Shown piece by piece: positions 27,905 to 38,260 of a DNA stretch of 64,000 nucleotides. The notes under the pieces were generated by a model. It worked only from the letters and a program-made list of their open reading frames with translations, searched no databases and was not told the origin of the DNA. Origin of the DNA: Octopus sinensis. Taxonomy: Eukaryota. Position numbers and translations under genes: made by a program. Positions within the stretch are counted from its first letter, which is position 1. Each line of letters begins with the position of its first letter. Location of the stretch: assembly GCF_006345805.1 (NCBI RefSeq), contig NC_043008.1:12400001-12464000 (forward strand). Direction: 5' to 3'.

Positions 27905-28265
27905 TGTGCAGATGTAGCTGTGTAGTTAAGAAATTCACATTGCAGATCATATGGTCTTGGGTTCAATCTATCTCGTTGCACGTTAATTTGGGCAAGTGTC
28001 TTCTACTATCACGAAGGGCTAATCAACGCCTTGTGAGTGAAGTTTGGTACAAATTGTGTGAAAGACCATTGTATATGTGTGTGTATGTGTGTGTTTCTGT
28101 CTTTGTATTTGACTCCACTACTGCTTGAGGCATATGGCTCAGTGGTTAGGGTGCTGGACTCATGATCGTAAGATTGTGGTTTCGATTCCTGGACTGGGCG
28201 ACGCGTTATGTTCTTGAGCAAAGCACTTTATTTCATGTTGCTTCAGTCCACTCAGCTATAGAAAT
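27905..28265 (+). mobile_element. Degraded SINE A 5' half followed by a SINE E head/body
   Basis: ttgggcaagtgtcttctactat at about 27990; gaggcatatggctcagtgg...gtttcgattcc...ttgagcaaagcacttt at 28127-28260. Confidence 0.75.
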
Positions 28266-28569
28266 GAGTTTAGCCTGGAGAGGGACAGGCTGTGCCAAGA
28301 TTTCTTGTCTTGGATATGCTGTTTGGCTGCAGTGCCCCAACGATACCCAAGGGGTTAAGGGACATGTCAATTGCCCACCGCTGCTTGATAACTGGTGTTT
28401 GCTTGTTTGCATCCATGTAATTTAGTAGGCTAGCATAAAGCAACTGATTGAGTGAGTACTGGGACTGATTTGATTGACAAAACCCTTGTTTGACTAAACC
28501 CCTAGCTTGGCTGACGTCTAATGACAGAAAAAAATAAAAGAAAAAACTAGAAGGCCTTTAGGTCTTCTT

Positions 28570-28965
28570 CTAAATTGGATTCACTCTCTCATCGTCATCA
28601 TGTGGCTTCTTTGTCTCTCTTCTATAAGTATTTCCATGGCCCTGTTCTGCTGAGCTCTCTTCTCTGGTTCTTCCTTTAAGAACTTATCAGTGATCAACAG
28701 ACTTGCATCTAGTTCTCATCAATATGCTGTGCAACCTCCTAAGTGTCATAAAGCACTTTACAGTACCAGTTTCTTCTCTCACACCTCTGAAATTTGGAAT
28801 TCCCTTCCACAGTCTTGTTCTTCCTCTTCAATATGGCCTCCAGCCTTTTAAGTCTAATGTACGTCATCACCTATTGACTTCTGTCTAGCATCCATTTAAT
28901 TCTAGTAGCTCTTGTGTTTTCAGGGGTCTGAGAACTTTGTAATGAGCGAACGCTTTTTTTAAAAA
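28570..28965 (+). mobile_element. CR1/Zenon-like LINE 3' end
   Basis: Frameshifted LDSLSHRHHVASLSLFYKYFHG / CSAELSSLV / SSHQYAVQPPKCHKALYSTSFFSHTSEIWNSLP / LQPFKSNVRHHLLTSV*, the typical RT C-terminal tail of this group. Confidence 0.85.
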
Positions 28966-29129
28966 GAAGGGTCATTAACAACCCAAATTAGACAGATCTC
29001 ATTTTCATAATCATTTTTATTATTTTCTTGGTTTTTGTTTTTTCCTCAGTTCAAGACATTGTACCTACTTAAGGGTTCTGAGAGGCTAAAATGAAAGATT
29101 CTCAGATAAAATGCCTTCCTGAGCACATG

Positions 29130-29320
29130 GGGCAAAATGATTAGCACCGTTTTGTCGAACGGTCTAAGTTCAAATTCTGCCAAGGTCAACTTTGCCTTCC
29201 TTCCTTTCAAGCTGGATAAAATAAGTACCAGTTGAACACTGGGGTCGATGTGATCAGCTTGCCCCCACCCCCACTCCTGAAATTAATGGCCCTGAGCCAA
29301 AATTTGAAACCAATATTTAC
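29130..29320 (+). mobile_element. SINE family C
   Basis: aagttcaaattctgccaaggtcaactttgcc...aagtaccagttgaacactggggtcgat. Confidence 0.8.
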
Positions 29321-30340
29321 TTTCATGAGTTTAAATCTTACAAAGATTAACTGTCCCTTGTCCCTTTCTAGGACCCATAATATACATAGCAGTCACAAGT
29401 ACAGCAATTTATTTGAATAGCAAAACCCTTTTTTCTAAAAATGTGTGAATTTGTGCTTATATTAGAAATCAATACTATTTTTCTTTTCCCCTTCAAAATC
29501 TTTAGCAAGTCAAAAACAATGAGATGTTTGCTTTGAGGATCACGTGAAACATTCTGAACAATTTCTGTAATAATGTTGTTGTTTTTTATTTTATGTTTAT
29601 GAATGAACGAAACCTTACATGCAAGAAATCTCGGTCTTGAGTTTACAATTCTTATGATTTTTGTTATTTATGTATTTTTATAAGGAATGCGTTTGATGCA
29701 TTGTATTTCATTGGTGTAGCTCATTCACATAAGTCATGTTTCAGGAGATGGTGGGATGGGTTTGCCATGTTCTTTTGTTGGAAATTTACCACGGCAGCAA
29801 ATGTCAGGTCACTTTGACCCTTGCCCTTCTTACTACATTCATTGGTTGATAACACCAGTTGTACTGTAGCTTCTGCTCAGTTTTTCTTCTTTTTCATTTT
29901 TCTTTTTCTTTTTTTTTTTTTTTTTTTTGGCAAGAGGAAAACTGTTTTGTATGGAATATATTTTCCATGCAGCGATTAGATCACTGCTATTAATAATAAG
30001 CTATTCACAAAATCTGCAAACATTTCTATATCCAATCCATTTCAATTAAATAATTAAATCAGCGAAATGCTTAGAACTGTTTTACAGAATGGGATTTGAA
30101 GATAAAACAGACAATGAACCAGGCTAACTTGACACTTGTTATAACAAAAGAACTTTCAAGTGTATTTGGAAATTAAACTTTGGTTTCAATCATATCTTCT
30201 TGTCTACACATTTTTTCTTTTTTTTTTTTTCCTTTTTGCATCTCATCTCAGAATACGCAATAATGGCACAGAAGGAAAATATCCTTCGTTGACAAAATAT
30301 CAGATACTTCATTGTTACATATACATTTCTATAAGAAGCA

Positions 30341-30406
<66 letters not shown>

Positions 30407-31609
30407 GTTATTATGAAAGCTGGTGAAGTTGTCATTCTTCTGTGTCTAAATTATCAAATTCAAATTTTTAAAATCTTCATGAATTATTTTTATGCTCTTA
30501 AAACAATAGCACCATGTCTAACTACAAGCCAGCCTACCCCCTTATTCTACAATACATAAGAGCGTAACATATTCTTCAGTTGAAGTATAACCATTATACA
30601 CCCGCCCACCCAACCACCCAACCACCTACCCACACCTGCTTCCGTGAATCAAACGAAAGTAATCTCATAATGTCACTTTTGTGTTAAGATTTCAAAGAAT
30701 GGAAGTTTATAACATTTTATCTGTAATGCATGCTTTCATTGTTATTAATAGCAATTTTCTAAAACTATTCCATTGTTCGGAAGAGTATGGTGAAAGATGC
30801 TGAAGTTTCTTCAAGACAGACAGCTCAAAATTTTTAGATGCTGTAGTTTAGACTGAAGGTCAGCAGACCTTTTTCAAAACTATTTGAATCATGACTAACG
30901 TAGATTTTTGCACTTAGTTTATTACTGACCATTCTGTCCAGTATGTCCTACGATCTTTGCTAAGACATCTGGCTGTGATTTGAAATAGATTCAGCTGCAA
31001 TTTCTACCAGATGAAGTGGTTATGTAAAGGCTCCCTCAACGCTTATTTTTCAAAGACGGTCTTAGTAGTCAGTTTGAGGAATTCTGTTGTAATAATGGAA
31101 CACAGGATTTTCTGACTAATTGAAAAACATCTCTCTTCGAATAATGTTCACATAATCTTGTTGTTCACAGCAGACCTCAGCTGCGATTTCGAAATGCATT
31201 AACTTAATGTCGATTCAAAGATTAATGGAAGTTATATCAAAACCCAGATTTGTCTTTGAATCTGTCTTATTTGACTCTTTTGTATGAAGTTGATGGTATT
31301 TACCATTCTCAGAGAGTATTAATTTTTCAGTATTGGTTTCCAAGTAACAGAAATTTAGAACATGCAAGCCAAAAGGGAAGCTTATATGCAGTTATTTGAC
31401 CTGCTAAAAATACATATTAGATGAATCTTCCTGTAATTATTCCTTATTGAATTAAAAAGGGAAGAAATATTGAGTAACATAGCCATAGATTTCTTTCTCT
31501 TTCTTGAGTTCTTCAACTCAAAACCCAGGTTGTCTGATTTCCATGATGTATAAATGAATTAGATCAGAACAGTCTCCTATAATGGGATACAGGTCCATCG
31601 CAGGTTTAG

Positions 31610-31932
31610 GGGGAAAAACAAGTGAATTACATCTTGTCTAGTACTTCATTGGTACTTTATTTTATTGGCCCTGAAAGGATAAAAGCCAAAGTTGTTCTTG
31701 GCAGGATTTGAACTCAGAACGCAAAGATTCAAAAGAAATACTGCTTAGAATTTTCTCCTATGTGCTAATGATTCTGTCAGCTCACCACCTCAATCATAAA
31801 TTTATCGTCCAGAAAAAAATAGATGTTATGGCCCTCAGGTAGAAGACACTTGCCCAAGGTGTCACGCAGTGGGACTGAACCCGGAATCATGTGGTTGGTA
31901 AGCAATCTACTTACCACACAGCCACTCCTGCA
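31610..31932 (-). mobile_element. SINE C copy plus adjacent SINE A head (both minus)
   Basis: 31610-31795 family C; 31840-31932 agaagacacttgcccaagg...ccacacagccactcctgcacc. Confidence 0.8.
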
Positions 31933-32369
31933 CCTATATTTATGGTTTATGATGATTCCGTTTATTTGTTTAGTGACATTAGCCATCTTGTATCTTATGT
32001 TGTTCTTGTTGTTTTTGCTGTTGTTGTTGTCACTATGGTCACACTAACAATCAAACATGGATACAAAGGTGCATGTCCTACATTCTTTGTATATTTTATC
32101 CATTTCGTTTTGTCTGTATTTTCAATATTTCTGTTATAAATGGATGTGAATATTTCATTTACTTCCAGACATTCTCCTCGAGAAAGCAGTTTTTGTGTTG
32201 TTATTCTATCATTAATTATGGAGGTTTATAAAACGATATCAACATTATCAACAGCATCTGCTATTTCAAATAGAATGAATGGTCAGAAGCTAAATGGTAG
32301 TGGTAATAACGGGGGTACCAGTGGTACTGTTGGGGGTTTGTGGTTGTGATTATAGTACTGATGATAGCA

Positions 32370-32890
32370 TGGTGGCGGTGGTCGTGGTGGTGGTGGTGGG
32401 TGTGGCAGTGGTGCTAGCTGTAATGGTGGTGGTGGTGGTGGTGGTTGTGATGGTTGTACTAGCTGTAATGGTGGTGGTGGGGGTGAGGGTGGTATGGCTG
32501 TGTCAGTGACACTGACGGTGGCAGCAGAAGGAGTGGTGGTGGTGGTGGTAGCAGTGGTGTCATGGTGACTGTAATGGAGCTGGTGGTGGTGGTGGTGGTG
32601 GTGCTGGTGGTGGTAGTGGTGGTTGTGACAGTGCTAGCTGTAATGGTGGTAGTGCGGTGGTGGTGGCAGTAGCAGGATTGGTGGTGTTGATGGTGGTGAT
32701 TGTGGTGGTGGTGGTGGTGGCTGTAATGGTGGTGGTAATAATAGCTGTGGTAGTGACGCTGTTGGTGGAGCAGCAGCAGCAGTGGCGGTGGTGGTGGTGT
32801 AATGGTGACTGTAATGGTGGTGGTGGTGGTTGTGATGGTGCTAGCTGTAATGGTTGTGGTAGTGGTGGTGGTGGTGGTGGTGGTGGATGT
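32370..32890. repeat. (GGT)n field with recurring gtgctagctgtaatgg anchors
   Basis: Direct reading. Confidence 0.9.
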
Positions 32891-32939
32891 GGCATGTAGG
32901 TCTGGAGAATGGCTAAGTTTAATTACACAGGCCCCACTT

Positions 32940-33180
32940 CTCAACTGCTACTTATTTAATATTCGTTTCAAATTTTGGCACAAGGCCAGCAATTTTGAGG
33001 GTGGGGGTAAATCGATTATATCAACCCTAGGGTTCAACTGGTGCTTATTTCATTGACCCCATTACCAAAAAGATGAAAGACAAAGTCAGCCTCAGCAGGA
33101 TTTGAATTCAGCGCTTAAAGACGGATGAAATGCTGCTAAGCATTTTGGTCGGTGTACTAACGATTCTGCCAGTTCACTGC
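32940..33180 (-). mobile_element. SINE family C
   Basis: ttggcacaaggccagcaatttt...aaagtcagcctcagcaggatttgaa...aacgattctgccagttcac. Confidence 0.85.
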
Positions 33181-33660
33181 ATCATTATCATCATCGTTTA
33201 AGCCTGCTTTCCATGCTGGCATGGGTTGGGCTGTTTGACTGCGGGCTGGCAAGCCAGATAGCTGCACCAGGCTCCAATCTGATCTAACAAAAGTTTCTAC
33301 AGACGGATGCCCTTCCTAACACCAGCCACTCCAAGAGCATAGTGGGTGGGAGGGCTTTTACATGCCACCAGCATGAGAGCCAGTAAGGTGGTACTGGCAT
33401 TTACCATGTTCGAATGGTGTTTTTTACATACCAATGGCATGGGAGCCAGTCAGACAACACTGTCATTGACCACGCTCGAATGGTGCTTTTTATGTGCCAC
33501 CAGCATGGGTGCAAGTCAGGCGGCACTGGCATTGACCACGTTTGTACGGGTTTTTAATGTACCATTGGCACAGGAACCAGTCAGGCAACACCAGCATCAA
33601 CCATGTTCATATGGTGCATTTTATGGGTCACCAGCACAGGAGCTCAGTCTGGAGGGCCTG
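33181..33660 (-). mobile_element. Family D copy with 4-5 tandem ~65-bp 5' monomers
   Basis: Tail at 33181; monomers start at about 33361, 33428, 33492, 33559 and 33624. Confidence 0.85.
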
Positions 33661-35079
33661 ACATCGACCTTGCTCAAATGCTACCTATACCGAAAAGAAT
33701 TCATATCCTTACAACCATTGCCTCCTTAACTATTATTAACAGCAACGAAAATAACTATGTTGATCCCTAACAGCAGTAAACTAATTTGGAATTAAAGCAA
33801 CAAAAGAAAGCGAAAGTAGAAACCTGACAATGAAAAATACCAAATAGTCATGTGACTGAGGTATCAATATTTGATTAGTAAGGAAGATGAGCAGAGTCAA
33901 TTCCATTGAAGTGATGAAGAAACACTCTGAAAATATTGCAACTTTTATGAAATGGTGTTATTGGTAATGTTTCGAATTAATAATTTATGGCAAAATTCCT
34001 TAATGCTGCAATGTCTCGTAGACTTTCTCTGACAAATTGTGTCAAACGTTTTGTTGTTTTGTTTGTTGTTATGTTTGTTGTTTTTGTTATCCCTAAGAGG
34101 TACCGTCTGTATATTTATGACTTGGTTGAAAAAAAAATATATATGAAGAACATATATATATATATATAAAGAATATATAAAGATATATATAAAATATATG
34201 ATGTATACAATATATAAATATAAAAATATATATGGAATGAAGAATTTATGTTTATTTTTATGAGCATATTATTTTAGGTCGATAATATATGTTTCCGTGC
34301 ATGCCATACATGTATAATAAATATTCCAGCAGTTATTTTGAAATGTTAGATTTGGTGAATCATATTTTGGCATTGATAGACTGCCAAGGTTCCTTTCAAT
34401 ATTGTCCAACTTATGACAGTTAATGGAATAAACTGCTGAAAAATACTAAGAAACATGGATGATTAAAAGAAAAAAAACTTTTTTGTTTATAAATACTGAT
34501 CTCTGTTAGAATAATTATTATAGACATGGGGATGGCTGGATGGTTAAGAAGTTTGCTTTTTCAACCATGTGGTATTAGGTTCAATCCCACTCTGTGGAAT
34601 CTTGGATTAATTTTTTTTACTATAGTCTTGGATTGACAAATGCCTTCCGAGTGAATTCAGAAGGTGGAAACTGTATAGAAGCCTCCATGTGTATCTATAT
34701 CTATATATTTATAGTTGGAATTTACAAAAAAAAACAAAATAAAAGACAAGGACGAATGTGTAAACAACAAGCAGATGTATTAGTTTAATGCTTGGGAAGT
34801 GAGAAAGTCTTTTATGTTTTGAGCCTAGGCTCTTCAGGAGAAAGGAACACAGAAATAAACAGAGAAAAAAATAAAAACCGTTTAGTGGCTAGTGATCAAT
34901 TATATATGTATGTATGTATTTTTTTAAGGTTGGTACTTGCTTTAAAGGTCTCTTTTACCAAAACATTAAGTTATGAGGATGTAAACAAACTAACAAAACA
35001 GGGGGAGGTGTAAACAAACTGGTTGTCAAGTGGTTGGAATGGGGGGAATCAAACATGAACACAAAGACATACATACACA

Positions 35080-35585
35080 CACACATCATCATCATCATCA
35101 TTATTATCATTGTCATTTAGCGTCCATTTCCCATGCTGGCATGGGTAAAATGGTCTCATTGGAGCTGAAAAGCCGGACAGCTGCAGCAGACTCCAGTCTG
35201 TTTTGGTTTGGTTTCTGTGGCTTGATGCCTTTCCTAATGCCAACCACTCCTCAGTGTGTACTGGGTGTCTTTTGCATGTCCCTGGCATGGGTGCCTTTCG
35301 TGTGTCACCAGCACAACTGCCTCCCACATGTCAACAGCACAGGTGTCTTTCACATACCTGTCTCTATATTGCTTATATTCATGTGAAAGCACCCATGCTG
35401 GTGCCACATAAAAACACTCAGCATACTCTGGAGGCTTTAGGAAGGGCATCCAGCTGTAGAAACCATGTTAAAATGCATAAATGGTGGTTCACCAGTTGGC
35501 CAGCTCCTGCCAAAGTCCAACCCATGCCAGCATGGAGAACAGACATTAAAAGATGATGATGATGATGACGACGATGATGATGATG
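35080..35585. mobile_element. Head-to-head inverted pair of family D copies
   Basis: Minus copy 35080-35330 with (CAT)n at left; plus copy 35380-35585 with (GAT)n at right. Confidence 0.8.
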
Positions 35586-36171
35586 TTATTTCATAGCACA
35601 GAGATTGTAAATAAAAATTACATACAACACAATGAAAACGTTTTGCTTTTCTCTGTTTTTTTTTTTTAATTATTTAAGAAGCGAAAATCGGTGATGATTT
35701 TTAAAATTGAAAATTTACCCATGACTAATCACTCAATAGTCCTCTGTACGAAATTGAATTATTCTTAGGAACGGTTTTTTTTTTTTCTAAATTAAGTCGA
35801 ACAATGGCATCTTCACATTTTTCTGTCGAACACTTTGCAGAAGTTTCCATAATTTTATCTAACACAATTTGATTATGTTTTCCTGTCATTTATTATATAT
35901 GGTTATATAACCAAAAATTAATCTTTTTATAAGCTATTTTTCTGTGTTAATCCAATGAAATAAATGTAAATCAATGTAATAAATGGTGCCAGTTTAATAT
36001 ATTTCATTTAGATTCAAATTTCAAATTTTATAAAGTCATAAAAGCATTAAATGAATAAATTAATGAGGCCTGCAATAACAATTGATTGAATGTTTCGTTT
36101 TAGTTGTTAGTATTTTGTTTTATATTTCATTTTAATTAATCGTTTTTTTTTTTTCATTTCTATATTTTCAG

Positions 36172-36198
36172 ACAAATCACCAGAATCTAGAAAACATG
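36172..36198 (+). CDS. Candidate 27-nt frame-preserving microexon of an unidentified host gene
   Basis: Long poly-T tract ending tatattttcAG | ACAAATCACCAGAATCTAGAAAACATG | GTAAGT. Reads TNHQNLENM (phase 0) or xKSPESRKHx (phase 1). Flanks are free of recognisable SINEs. Confidence 0.55.
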
Positions 36199-36569
36199 GT
36201 AAGTTTAACTAAATTAATCTTGCAACATTGATGTAAAAATCTAGCTTGGAGTGTCCTTTCTTCTTTTAAATATCCTGGTTAAACAATGGATTCTTTGTTG
36301 TTTTTTGTTTTTTTCACATAAAATTGCAGTTGATAATGCATTCCTGTTATTAAGCAGCTGATGAAAACAAATGAACTGCACAATAAAAAACAAAAAAAAG
36401 AAACTAAAGAATATTGAAAATTAATCAGTTTAGGTTGATTAAATTTATTTGACCGCAAAATAAGTTTTAGAATTTGGATCCCATAAAAAATATTTATTGC
36501 TTAAAATACAATGGAAAAATAAAATAATAATGAATCTTTCAAATTGATAAAGATATCTTTTAAAAACAT

Positions 36570-36900
36570 GGGTGCAGGCGTGGCTGTGTGGTATGAAGTT
36601 CGCTTTCCAACTGTGTGGTTCTGTGTTCAGTCCTACCATGTGGCACCTTCAGCAAGTGTCTTCTTCTGTAGCCTTGTGGGTGAATTTGGTAGACTGAAAT
36701 TGACAGAAGCCAGTCATATATTTGTGTGTGTGTCTTTGTGTCTGTGTCTGCTTGACAACTGGTGTTGGTGTATTTATGTCCCTGTAACTTCGTGGTTCGT
36801 TAAAAAGGATTGATAAAATAACTATGAGTCTTAAAAAAAAAAGTTCCTCAAGGTGGTGCCTCAGCATGGCCACAGTCTAATGACTGAAACAAATAAAAGA
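36570..36900 (+). mobile_element. SINE family A
   Basis: gggtgcaggcgtggctgtgtgg ... cagcatggccacagtctaatgactgaaac. Confidence 0.9.
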
Positions 36901-36964
36901 TCAGATGATAGAAATGGAAATGGTTTTGAAAACAACACAAATGTCTTTAAAATGAATTTTAGCA

Positions 36965-37096
36965 TAGGCGCAAGAGTGGCTGTGTGGTAAGTAGCTTGCT
37001 TACCAGCCACATGGTTCTGGGTTCAGTCCTACTGTGTGGCACCTTGGGCAAGTGTCTTCTACTATACCCTCGGGCCGACCAAAGCCTTGTGAGTGG

Positions 37097-37098
<2 letters not shown>
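36965..37098 (+). mobile_element. SINE family A, 5' half
   Basis: Near-consensus head and CORE-like segment, cut at gagtggatt. Confidence 0.9.
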
Positions 37099-37151
<53 letters not shown>

Positions 37152-37401
37152 TCACTGCCTGGAATCGAACTCAGAATCTTGGGGTTAGTAGCCCGCGCTC
37201 TTAACCACTATGCCATATGCCCCATGACCTGAATAATAATAATAATAACAACAACAACAACAACAATAACATTAAAAAAAACCTTCTGAATGAGAACCCA
37301 GTTTCAAAATTTCCCCAAGACACCTGATGAAGGCTGGAGGGTATATCAGTCAAAACAAACAAGATGAGGACAAATATCCGTCAAATGTAAATAATGTAAA
37401 T
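37099..37401. mobile_element. tRNA-head/(AAT)n/hammerhead element, inverted pair, copy 1
   Basis: Minus head 37148-37222 (A box tggcatagtgg, B box gagttcgattcc); plus body 37225-37401 with gacacCTGATGAaggctg-gagggtatat-cagtc. Confidence 0.85.
37319..37356 (+). ncRNA. Hammerhead ribozyme motif (damaged: GAAA reads AAAA, helix III deleted)
   Basis: CTGATGA core and helix II ggctg/cagtc retained. Confidence 0.6.
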
Positions 37402-37959
37402 TATGATCAAGGAATTTTCCCAGGTGTAGGCAAAACTTCTTTATGCTGAGAAGTCACAGCTCTGATACTACAAACATGGGGTCAGAATGTTGCTTTAAAA
37501 ATTGTAAAATAGATTTTTCAAGCAGCATCAACCAGCAGAGGACCTAGGGTTTGACCAAGACCAAGATGATTTAATACTATCCATAGTCACAGTAGGTCAC
37601 ACTTGAGTGATCAAGTGGCAAAAGTGTAATAATGGTTGCTTCTTGTATGGAAGAGTTGCCCGAGAACTCTTCCCCAACAAACCTCCCAGGAACAGAGTGT
37701 TGTGTGTGAAAATGGACGGAGGGAAGTGTTGGAGTCATAAAGAACTGCTATTTTTTTTCATTAAGATGTGCATTGTTAAGTGATTGATTTAAGAAATGTC
37801 AGTTTACTTTAATTATTGATTTTTTTTTTATTGAACCTGGATTCTGTGGAAATAAACAAACAAGCATCTCTACATGCACTTTAGCAGTTCCGTAGTTGTA
37901 AAACATGGTGAAACGTAATCAGTTGTGATGATGAGATTATTTCCCAGGTTGCCTGGAAT

Positions 37960-37965
37960 GGTGTC

Positions 37966-37997
<32 letters not shown>

Positions 37998-38114
37998 TGG
38001 TGGTGGTGGTGGTAGTATTAGTAGTAGTAGTAGTGGTGGTGGTGGTAGCAGTAGTAGTAGTAGTAGTAGTAATAGTAGTAGTAGTAGTAGTGGTGGTAGT
38101 AGTAGTAGTAGTAA

Positions 38115-38163
<49 letters not shown>

Positions 38164-38216
38164 CATCGTCGTCATAGTATTAGTAGTAATAGTAGTTGTA
38201 ATGGTGGTGGTGGTGC

Positions 38217-38259
<43 letters not shown>

Positions 38260-38260
38260 T
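37960..38260. repeat. (GTA)n/(GTG)n microsatellite
   Basis: Direct reading. Confidence 0.95.

Noticed and set aside
32140-32349. 69-aa plus ORF with an internal acceptor-like ttacttccAG
   Set aside because: No convincing donor or homology; grades into a GGT microsatellite.
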